Source: Bacteroidia bacterium
GTDB taxonomy: Bacteria; Bacteroidota; Bacteroidia; SpSt-205
Length of the DNA: 64,000 nucleotides
Direction of reading: 5' to 3'
NCBI GenBank assembly: GCA_026414975.1
Contig: JAOAHZ010000007.1
Span: 70,727 to 134,726 of the forward strand
A program made the position numbers and the translations under genes. Below the pieces are notes generated by a model. The model was not told the origin of the DNA. It was given only the letters and a program-made list of their open reading frames with translations, and did not search any database. Below, piece by piece: positions 39,153-46,687 of the stretch. How positions within the stretch are numbered: position 1 is the first letter of the stretch; every line of letters starts with the position of its first letter.

Positions 39153-39467
39153 TTATTTAGACTGAGCGGGCGGCAAGGTTTCTACAATATTGGAGGTACG
39201 AGTCTTTATTTCACCTCCGCCGCGCATTCCACTATGGACTGCATGGATGAGCAAAGTAAGTACCACTAAGGCTCCAAATAGCACCCATGTCGCCTTCTCA
39301 GCAAAATCAGCCGCATGCCGCACTCCTAATATCTGGGAGGCTTGGGCCACCCCCTGAATGTCCGTGGCTAAACCGCCTCCTTTGCCCTGCTGAATCAACA
39401 CTAAGAGCGTAAGCAGAATGGCATCCACTACCAGTAAGAAAATAAGTACGCCTAAAACGAAACCCAT
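39153..39467 (-). CDS. secG: Preprotein translocase subunit SecG
   Basis: It has two transmembrane helices flanking LLVLIQQGKGGGL, which is the SecG signature. The length is 104 aa. Confidence 0.78.
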   Translation of the reverse strand: MGFVLGVLIFLLVVDAILLTLLVLIQQGKGGGLATDIQGVAQASQILGVRHAADFAEKATWVLFGALVVLTLLIHAVHSGMRGGGEIKTRTSNIVETLPPAQSK

Positions 39468-39567
39468 ACTGCAAAGGTAGCTATATTTGTGGGTGTATCG
39501 CTGGAGTTGGAGCGCAACTTTGTTGCTCTGGGCTCAGGAATCGCCTGAAAAGGCTTATACTCGCGCA

Positions 39568-39945
39568 GTGGAGTGGATTTCTCCTCCAGGTATCACGCCA
39601 GTAGGACCTTATAGCCCGGCGGTTCGTATAGGCCCCTGGCTATTCATCTCTGGGCAAATAGCCCTTCGTTCAGATGGCACATTAGAGAAAACCTCCATTG
39701 AAGCTGAAGCCCAACAAGTCTTGAATAATCTGCGCACCATCTTGGAGACCGCCAACGCATCCCCAGAACGCATCGTGAAAGTTACTATTTTTCTCACCGA
39801 CATGGCCTTTTTCCCCATCGTAAACAGCCTATATGAGCGATTTTTTCCACAAGGTAAATATCCTGCCCGGGAAACGGTGGCTGTTTCAGCTCTACCCCGA
39901 GGGGCTCGCATAGAAATATCCGCCATCGCCTATTTAGGCGAATGA
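39568..39945 (+). CDS. ridA: RidA (YjgF/TdcF) family reactive-intermediate deaminase. A GTG start at 39568 gives a canonical 126 aa protein; the ATG ORF is open from 39487.
   Basis: The N-terminus after the GTG start, EWISPPGITPVGPYSPAVRIGPWLFISGQI, aligns with the RidA start TIATENAPAAIGPYVQGV...SGQI. The C-terminus is conserved (RETVAVSALPRGARIEI). Confidence 0.8.
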   Translation: MEWISPPGITPVGPYSPAVRIGPWLFISGQIALRSDGTLEKTSIEAEAQQVLNNLRTILETANASPERIVKVTIFLTDMAFFPIVNSLYERFFPQGKYPARETVAVSALPRGARIEISAIAYLGE

Positions 39946-41639
39946 GACGACTTTTGGCTTCCTTCTGGCTTCTCGCTGGATGCTGGGGGCAACCTCCCCC
40001 TGCCCCACCAAGCGGGCTTGATTCGGCTTTGCTAAGACCTGACACCTCCTATCCTTTTCTCAAACTACACCTCAACACCATCACGCTGGCAGCCCACTTG
40101 ATACCCCTGTGGGAAAAGCTCAAAACAAACGATCGGAAAGTACGCATTCTGCACATTGGCGACTCGCACATTCAAGGCGATGTACAAGGGCGTGAGATTC
40201 GTCAAAGACTCTATAAGGTATGGGGAGCTGGGGGTCGCGGCTACGTTTTCCCCTATCACGCCGCAGGAACAAGCTCGGCTTATGACTACATTAGTTTGAG
40301 TGAAGGGCAGTGGCTCTCAGCTCGCAGCGTTCAGCCCCAGCCTATCCTGCCCTTAGGGGTAACGGGGATCGCCATGGGAACCTACGACCCTACCGCTCGG
40401 TGGGAGATTCGGTGGAACCCCGCTTACTATCCTGTAGCGCCGCCAGGAGCCCGCCTTTACCTCCTTACCAGAACTCTTAGGTCAGGGATTCGCTGTACCC
40501 TTCGGGTCAATGAAACGCCTACCCCCATGGTCCGAGAGCTTCCAGGCGGCTACGCTCTGACCGAGTTTGACATACCTGAACCCCTTACAGCTCTGAAGGG
40601 AAGCTGGGGCTGGGATAGCAACGATTCTTTGGGGTATGCTGAACTGCAAGGCATCTTCATAGAAGAAGGCCAGAAAGGGCTCACCTGGTATTCCATGGGT
40701 ATAGCGGGAGCTCGCCTTTCCGATTGGGCTACACTTCCCCTTCTAAAGGAGAGTTTGCGTCAACTCCGCCCAGACTTAATCATTATGGACTTAGGAACGA
40801 ACGACTTATACCCTACTCAGGCTACGCTGACCGCTTTTCGTCAGGCCGTAGAAGCGGCTATAGACACCATCCGCAGCGCCCTACCGAATGTATGCATTCT
40901 CTTTACGACACCTCAGGACTTTTACAGAAGCATGCGTCCGCTTCCCCTCTTGGAGCAGGCTTCTCGTTTGGTTCGGTGGATCGCCTCTCAGAAAGGTGTC
41001 GCTGTCTGGGATGGTTATACGATTTTAGGTTCGATTCGTGAATGGAGGTTAGCTGGTCTGGCCGCCCCTGACATGGTGCATTTGACAGCTGCGGGGTACG
41101 CCCTCAAGGGTCAGCTCTTAGCCTCAGCTTTTTTGACAGCCTACGAGCGATACCGACTTGGAAACCTCCCGCCAGCTGACTCCGAAATGGTTGATTATGC
41201 GCCGCCCTCCGAAACCTACACGCCTCCCTCCATCCCTCTCACCCCATCTATTGCGCGATTTGGCGGAAATTCCGATCCAGCAACCTACACCCCCCCTCGT
41301 CCAACTTACATTTATCACCGGGTCCAACCAGGAGAAAACCTCGGGCTGATCGCTCAACGCTACGGCACTACTGTGAATGCCATTCGTCAGGCCAACGGCT
41401 TACGCGGTCATCTCATCCGAGCAGGGCAAACCTTACGCATTCCTGCTAAGGCTTCCGCCCCACCCTCTATCCCCCAGAGTCCTCCTGCTACCTCGTCGCG
41501 TATTCATACCGTGCAGCCTGGCGAGTCTCTATGGGTTATAGCCCAAAAATATCGTGTCTCCATAGAAGCTCTCTGCAAGGCGAATGGACTTTCGCCTCGA
41601 ACCACTATCCATCCAGGACAAAAGCTAAGAATTCCCTAA
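39942..41639 (+). CDS. Lipoprotein with an SGNH/GDSL-type hydrolase domain and two C-terminal LysM domains
   Basis: It has a lipobox signal MRRLLASFWLLAG|C. SGNH block I reads ILHIGDSHIQGD and block III reads MDLGTNDL. There are two LysM repeats (YHRVQPGENLGLIAQRYGTTVNAIRQANGL..., IHTVQPGESLWVIAQKYRVSIEALCKANGL...), separated by Pro/Ser-rich linkers. Confidence 0.65.
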   Translation: MRRLLASFWLLAGCWGQPPPAPPSGLDSALLRPDTSYPFLKLHLNTITLAAHLIPLWEKLKTNDRKVRILHIGDSHIQGDVQGREIRQRLYKVWGAGGRGYVFPYHAAGTSSAYDYISLSEGQWLSARSVQPQPILPLGVTGIAMGTYDPTARWEIRWNPAYYPVAPPGARLYLLTRTLRSGIRCTLRVNETPTPMVRELPGGYALTEFDIPEPLTALKGSWGWDSNDSLGYAELQGIFIEEGQKGLTWYSMGIAGARLSDWATLPLLKESLRQLRPDLIIMDLGTNDLYPTQATLTAFRQAVEAAIDTIRSALPNVCILFTTPQDFYRSMRPLPLLEQASRLVRWIASQKGVAVWDGYTILGSIREWRLAGLAAPDMVHLTAAGYALKGQLLASAFLTAYERYRLGNLPPADSEMVDYAPPSETYTPPSIPLTPSIARFGGNSDPATYTPPRPTYIYHRVQPGENLGLIAQRYGTTVNAIRQANGLRGHLIRAGQTLRIPAKASAPPSIPQSPPATSSRIHTVQPGESLWVIAQKYRVSIEALCKANGLSPRTTIHPGQKLRIP

Positions 41640-42613
41640 AGCAGGCCTAAGCTGCGAGCACTATCTATCCACCTGTCCTTTGGAAGGGGAACTACCCCCA
41701 CATATTCACACACGAGTCCCCCTGCCAAGTTGGCTAAAGCCACAGTTCGCTCTAAAGGAAATCCCAGAGCCAGCCCAACCGCCAAGACGCTGATGACCGT
41801 ATCGCCTGCTCCCGATACATCTACAATATTGCGGTAATGAGCTGGTATGTGGATGAATCCCTCTCCTTCTCCAAAAGCCAACACGCCCCGTTCGCTGAGC
41901 GTAACGACTGTGTAAGTGTGAGGCATACGATCACGCAGGCGAAGGATCGCCTCTTGAATGGCTGGTAGAGAGGCCTCAGCGAAAGAAAGACCCAAGGCTT
42001 CACCCAGTTCTCGGAGGTTAGGCTTGAAGAGGGTAACCCCCTCATACGCCCAGAAGTTGCGGCGCTTAGGGTCTATCAGAAGGGGCACTTGATGGAGTCG
42101 GGCGAGCCGAGTCAGCTCTTGTATTAGAGGTTCGGTGAGGGTGCCCTTGTCGTAATCCTCCACAATGATACCATGGAGAGGCGTGCGCAGTAATGTCTGT
42201 ACCTTGAGAAGGAGGGCCTCAGCCAAATGAGCAGGTGGCGGCGTGGTGATTTCCCTATCAACCCGTAGAAGATGATGTTTTTGTGCGATGAGACGCGTCT
42301 TGACGGTCGTGGGACGCTCAGGGTCCGTGACCAGTCCATAGGTTTCTATACCCCACTGTTCTGCTTGTTCTCTCAAGAGATCTCCGGCAGAATCTGCGCC
42401 TACCAATCCCGATAAAGTAACTTGGGCCTCTAAACTGCGTAGGTTGAGCGCTACATTAGCAGCTCCCCCCAGCCGATTCTCTTCTTTCTCCAGCTCAAGG
42501 ATAGGAACGGGGGCTTCCGGTGAGATGCGTTGGACGCGTCCGTAAAGATACCGGTCTAACATCACATCCCCCACGACTAAGAATCTCAACTTTGAGAGTT
42601 CCATGCGGCTCAA
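41636..42613 (-). CDS. hldE: D-glycero-beta-D-manno-heptose-7-phosphate kinase (RfaE/HldE domain I only, a PfkB-family sugar kinase)
   Basis: It has the RfaE domain I N-terminus LVVGDVMLDRYLYGRVQRISPEAPVP and the PfkB C-terminal motif DVSGAGDTV. The length is 325 aa. There is no adenylyltransferase domain. Confidence 0.72.
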   Translation of the reverse strand: MSRMELSKLRFLVVGDVMLDRYLYGRVQRISPEAPVPILELEKEENRLGGAANVALNLRSLEAQVTLSGLVGADSAGDLLREQAEQWGIETYGLVTDPERPTTVKTRLIAQKHHLLRVDREITTPPPAHLAEALLLKVQTLLRTPLHGIIVEDYDKGTLTEPLIQELTRLARLHQVPLLIDPKRRNFWAYEGVTLFKPNLRELGEALGLSFAEASLPAIQEAILRLRDRMPHTYTVVTLSERGVLAFGEGEGFIHIPAHYRNIVDVSGAGDTVISVLAVGLALGFPLERTVALANLAGGLVCEYVGVVPLPKDRWIDSARSLGLL

Positions 42614-42771
42614 AGGTAGGGCTACCGAAAGGCATAAGACGAGTGAGTACCTTCAAGAAGGCCTCAGGAGCTGGGGTGGAACTCCTCAGTCAGATTCCCT
42701 ACCCAAGCTACTTGACAGCTAAGCACTGGACTAAGAGAGCGTAGGGAGACGCTTGACTCTCTTTTCTTTCC

Positions 42772-43293
42772 CTATTTCACTGCCGAACCTTCCTTCACTG
42801 ATTCAGGCGACAGAAGGGGGCTTTTTCCGAAGATATCTTCTATTTTCTGGCGGCGATAGCTAAATATTTCCTCGAGACGAGGTCGGATGAGGATCGGATG
42901 AACTAAGCGGCCTATCAGTCCTGCTGGCAACTTGTAATGCACTTGGTCTGTCATCAAAACTCCCGTCTCAACAGGATGAAACTCATGACGATGATGCCAA
43001 AATGCATAGGGCCCAAAACGCTGCTCATCTACGAAGAAATATGGCGGTTCCCCTTGCCGAGGCCCGTAAAGGTGAGTGATCTCGGTAACCCATCGCATCG
43101 GCAGCCCAAAAAGAGGTCGCACAATGTACTCTATAATCACACCAGCTTCCATGACTGAAGGCACTTCAGAGAGAATATCAAAGCCCATATAGGGTGGAGT
43201 GATAAGTTTGAGGTTTTCGGGGCGAGAGAAAAAGGGCCAAACCTCCTCTATCGGGGCAGGAATAAGCTGCTTTTGAATCAGACGGTACAACAC
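42772..43293 (-). CDS. SRPBCC-superfamily (Bet v1-like / polyketide cyclase-like) protein
   Basis: The 173 aa product has a composition and hydrophobic-cavity pattern typical of SRPBCC proteins. No specific function can be inferred. Confidence 0.5.
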   Translation of the reverse strand: MLYRLIQKQLIPAPIEEVWPFFSRPENLKLITPPYMGFDILSEVPSVMEAGVIIEYIVRPLFGLPMRWVTEITHLYGPRQGEPPYFFVDEQRFGPYAFWHHRHEFHPVETGVLMTDQVHYKLPAGLIGRLVHPILIRPRLEEIFSYRRQKIEDIFGKSPLLSPESVKEGSAVK

Positions 43294-44493
43294 GCCACTA
43301 TAAACAAAACTCCAACCACCAAAGGCAGCCTAACTTCGTACCTTTGTAGAGTGAGCGAGCCGATTTACTTAGACTACGCTGCCTCTACGCCTCTGGACCC
43401 TGAAGTAGAGATGCATATGCTGCCCTACCTCCGGACAGTGGGCAACCCTTCCTCTATTCATAGCATGGGTCGGCGACTGCGTGCAGCGATAGAAGAAGCT
43501 CGCGTCACCATTGCTGAGCTCATTGGAGCTGATCCAGGTCAAATAGTCTTCACCAGCGGAGGAACAGAGGCAGATAATCACGCTTTGCGCGGTGTGATTG
43601 AAACTAAGGGTCTAAAGCACATCCTCTACAATCCAACCGAACACCATGCTGTACTCCATACCATAGAGCACTTAGTTCAAAGCCGGGGCATACAGGCCCA
43701 TCCTATTGTGGTAGATGCGGTCGGTCGAATAGACTTAGACCACTTGGAGGAGCTACTGCGCCGCTATCCCCATAGCGTCGTAGCCGTCATGTACGCAAAC
43801 AACGAAATCGGTACGATCCAACCTGTAGAGGAAGTTGCTCAGCTTGCCAAGGCCTATGGCAGCTATTTTTTATGCGATACCGTACAAGTGGTAGGATTGG
43901 GATGGATTAATGTCCAGGCATGGCCGGTGGATTTTTTAGCGGCATCGGCTCATAAGTTTTATGGACCAAAGGGCGTAGGCTTTCTATACCGAAGACATCC
44001 CATCCAGAGTCTCATTACGGGAGGCGGACAAGAGCGGGAGCAGCGCGCAGGTACAGAAAATGTAGCGGGCATCGTAGGTATGGCTTTCGCTCTTAAGAAG
44101 GCTTACGCCAATCGTACCTCCTATGAAGCGCATCTCAGAACTATCAAGGCTTACCTTATAGACAAGCTGCGCCAAGCCTTTCCCGAGATTATATTTCACG
44201 GGGACATTCGTCCAGAAGGAGGCCATCCTGGTATTTTGAACTTTCGCCTACCTCCGAAAGTCGGACATGACCTCATCCTGATTCAGTTAGACCTTGAAGG
44301 GGTTTGTGCGTCGGGCACCTCAGCTTGTGCGTCAGGTAGCGCTCACCCTTCTCGTGTACTGCAGGCCATCGGTATTCCCGCCTCTGAGGCTTCTCTGGCA
44401 ATCCGATTCTCTTGGGGCCACGGTATTGAGAAAAGACACATAGACACCGTGGTAGATATCCTGCGCACCCGTATTGCCATGCAAGCCGTATGA
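43273..44493 (+). CDS. Cysteine desulfurase (class V aminotransferase, IscS/NifS type). The true start is probably near 43345 (SEPIYLDYAAST).
   Basis: It has the N-terminus YLDYAASTP, the PLP-binding Lys region SAHKFYGPKGVGFLY, and the active-site Cys loop SSGSACAS-like sequence CASGSAHPSRVL. Confidence 0.85.
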   Translation: MNQTVQHATINKTPTTKGSLTSYLCRVSEPIYLDYAASTPLDPEVEMHMLPYLRTVGNPSSIHSMGRRLRAAIEEARVTIAELIGADPGQIVFTSGGTEADNHALRGVIETKGLKHILYNPTEHHAVLHTIEHLVQSRGIQAHPIVVDAVGRIDLDHLEELLRRYPHSVVAVMYANNEIGTIQPVEEVAQLAKAYGSYFLCDTVQVVGLGWINVQAWPVDFLAASAHKFYGPKGVGFLYRRHPIQSLITGGGQEREQRAGTENVAGIVGMAFALKKAYANRTSYEAHLRTIKAYLIDKLRQAFPEIIFHGDIRPEGGHPGILNFRLPPKVGHDLILIQLDLEGVCASGTSACASGSAHPSRVLQAIGIPASEASLAIRFSWGHGIEKRHIDTVVDILRTRIAMQAV

Positions 44494-45992
44494 ACCTTCC
44501 CGGCTTAGAAGAAAAATACGAGATCATCCGTCCGCTGGGAGAAGGAGGAATGGGTGTGGTCTATTTAGCCCTTCAGAAACCCATAAACCGAAAGGTAGCC
44601 ATCAAGTCTATAGCTCCGTATTTAGCCCGAGACCCTGCTATCCGAGAGCGCTTCGCCGGAGAAGCTGCCGTCTTAGCCCGCCTCAACCATCCTAACATCG
44701 TTACCCTGTACGATTACATAGAGGAGGAAAAAGCTCTATACCTTGTCATGGAATATGTGGAGGGTCAGTCTTTATCTGACCTCCTGAAAGCAGGTCCGCT
44801 CCCTATGGAGCTGCTACAGAAATACTTTTCACAAGTCTTGGATGCTTTTGCTTATGCTCATGATCAAGGTGTGATCCACCGCGATATCAAGCCTGCCAAC
44901 ATTATGATTACCGCGGGGGGAAGGGTGAAAATCTTAGACTTCGGTGTGGCTCGTATCCTTCAGACGGATCACTCCCTTACGCGCACAGGCATGCGTTTAG
45001 GTACCCTCATGTACATGAGCCCCGAACAGATTCGAGGGGAAAAAGACATTGATCACCGATCAGACATCTACTCTCTCGGCGTCGTACTGTATGAGATGCT
45101 CACTGCTCAACCTCCCTATCCTCCCGATATTAGTGAATTTGATCTAAGCTTGAAGATTGTCCAAGAGCCGCTCTTTGATCTGAGCCATCCTCCGGCTGTT
45201 ACCCCAGCTCGCTTGATAGAGGTTATTCTAAAAGCCACAGAAAAACGACCCGACTATCGCTACCAGCATTGTAAAGATTTTCTTGGGGAGTTTGAGGAAG
45301 CCTTCAGCGAAGCGGGGGTCTCATCATCCCCCCTTCCCCCTACCCAGATCCAGTCAGCTCCTTCTCCTAAATCCCTCTCTCGTCGCATTTCTCCCTTAGT
45401 TTGGATAGGAATTTTGGTTGGATCGGGCTTAGGCGTAGGAGCGTGGTTCATCTGGAAGAAGAGCGGACAAAGTCCCCCTCCTTCTGACACAACTTTGATC
45501 AGCACTCCTGAATCGACTCTAAAGGCACTTAACCAGTCGCAGATGGATACGCTTATGAGTCCTTCCAAAAAACCCGACACGATAGCGATTCCCCATCCTT
45601 CTCAAAAACCTACACCTACCCCTGCATCTCATTCTACGCCTAAGGTTGGAAAGAAAAATTCTTCTGCCCCCTCTTCGAGATCGGAGCCCCAGGCTTCATT
45701 GCCTCCGCCTGAACGCAAGCCCCTCATTCAAACCGAAATCCAAAACTTCAAGGGAAGCTCCTTTATTCAGCCCAAAGCTAAGGGCACTATAATCGTGCGC
45801 AATGTGGGACAAGGTGATGCTAATCTCGTCCAAATTGCCATCCACTTTATGAATAAAAAGGGGGAGGTAGAATATACAGATACCCTAACCTTAGCCGAAG
45901 TCAAAGCCGGAGACTCACTAAGTCGACCCCTGCAGGCCCGAGTCAACGGCATCAAGTCTCTGCAAGTGGAGGTCATCACCCCTCGTCCTTGA
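44490..45992 (+). CDS. Hanks-type Ser/Thr protein kinase with one transmembrane helix and a C-terminal extracytoplasmic beta-rich domain
   Basis: The kinase subdomains are present: GEGGMGVVYLA, VAIK, HRDIKPANIM, DFGVAR, SPE. A transmembrane helix is at about 300-322 (LVWIGILVGSGLGVGAWFIW), followed by a Ser/Pro-rich linker and a roughly 100 aa C-terminal domain. Confidence 0.85.
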   Translation: MNLPGLEEKYEIIRPLGEGGMGVVYLALQKPINRKVAIKSIAPYLARDPAIRERFAGEAAVLARLNHPNIVTLYDYIEEEKALYLVMEYVEGQSLSDLLKAGPLPMELLQKYFSQVLDAFAYAHDQGVIHRDIKPANIMITAGGRVKILDFGVARILQTDHSLTRTGMRLGTLMYMSPEQIRGEKDIDHRSDIYSLGVVLYEMLTAQPPYPPDISEFDLSLKIVQEPLFDLSHPPAVTPARLIEVILKATEKRPDYRYQHCKDFLGEFEEAFSEAGVSSSPLPPTQIQSAPSPKSLSRRISPLVWIGILVGSGLGVGAWFIWKKSGQSPPPSDTTLISTPESTLKALNQSQMDTLMSPSKKPDTIAIPHPSQKPTPTPASHSTPKVGKKNSSAPSSRSEPQASLPPPERKPLIQTEIQNFKGSSFIQPKAKGTIIVRNVGQGDANLVQIAIHFMNKKGEVEYTDTLTLAEVKAGDSLSRPLQARVNGIKSLQVEVITPRP

Positions 45993-46687
45993 TGCGAACT
46001 TATTGGAAAGCCTCCCTGAGTCCAGCGTATAGTTTTTTCCTATCCTTGGTGCTGCTGGTGGGGTATGAGGGCCTCATGCGACTCACAGGTGGAGAGCTGA
46101 ACGATCGGAATCTGATTGATCAATGGCTCACACGCTTCCTAAGCTGGGCAGCACCTTACGAGTGGATGATTTCATTAGCGGTAGCTTTATTAGGGTTAGC
46201 CTACGTATATGGAATCCGACGAGAGCGGATAGAGCTTACTGAGTGGGTCTTCATCGTGATGGTAGCTGAAGCGGCGGCATGGGCTTTTCTGCTCTATAAA
46301 GGGCTACCTCTCTTGACGAGTCGTTTTCAGTCGGCTATCTCCGCTCAGCTGGCATGGCTTACTTCGGAATTGTGGCGGAGCATAGCGCACTGCTTGGGCG
46401 CTGGGTTCTACGAGGAGCTATTCTTTCGGGTTCTACTGGTAGAAGGCCTATTGATGTTTTTCACTGGACTGCGTTACCGAAAGGCGAAAGCTCCCCATCT
46501 AATGGGAGCATGGATATTATCCGCTGCTTTGTTCTCAGCCGCACACTTCTTCCACGAGGACATCACAGGGTATGCCTTTTTATACCGTTTTATTTTTGGG
46601 CTTCTGATGAGTGGGCTCTACATCTTAAGGGGATTTGGCATAACCGCATGGACCCATGCTCTATATGACATCTATGTGATAGCATGA
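45989..46687 (+). CDS. CPBP-family (CAAX protease / Abi) intramembrane metalloprotease
   Basis: It has the conserved motifs EELFFRVLL (EExxxR), FSAAHFFHE (FxxxH) and TAWTHALYD (HxxxN/D), with 5-6 transmembrane helices. Confidence 0.75.
   Translation: MMRTYWKASLSPAYSFFLSLVLLVGYEGLMRLTGGELNDRNLIDQWLTRFLSWAAPYEWMISLAVALLGLAYVYGIRRERIELTEWVFIVMVAEAAAWAFLLYKGLPLLTSRFQSAISAQLAWLTSELWRSIAHCLGAGFYEELFFRVLLVEGLLMFFTGLRYRKAKAPHLMGAWILSAALFSAAHFFHEDITGYAFLYRFIFGLLMSGLYILRGFGITAWTHALYDIYVIA

Noticed and set aside
39487-39567. Periplasmic RidA with signal peptide MWVYRWSWSATLLLWA|QE
   Set aside because: A GTG at 39568 gives a canonical 126 aa RidA whose N-terminus aligns with E. coli RidA. The ATG-extended ORF would also leave only 19 nt between the divergent secG and ridA starts. 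The upstream extension is probably an ORF-calling artefact.
42614-42771. Imperfect hairpin GAGAGCGTAGGGAGACGCTTGACTCTC as a terminator between the SRPBCC gene and rfaE
   Set aside because: The stem has a 4 nt bulge and no adjacent U-tract on the minus strand. It is too weak to call.
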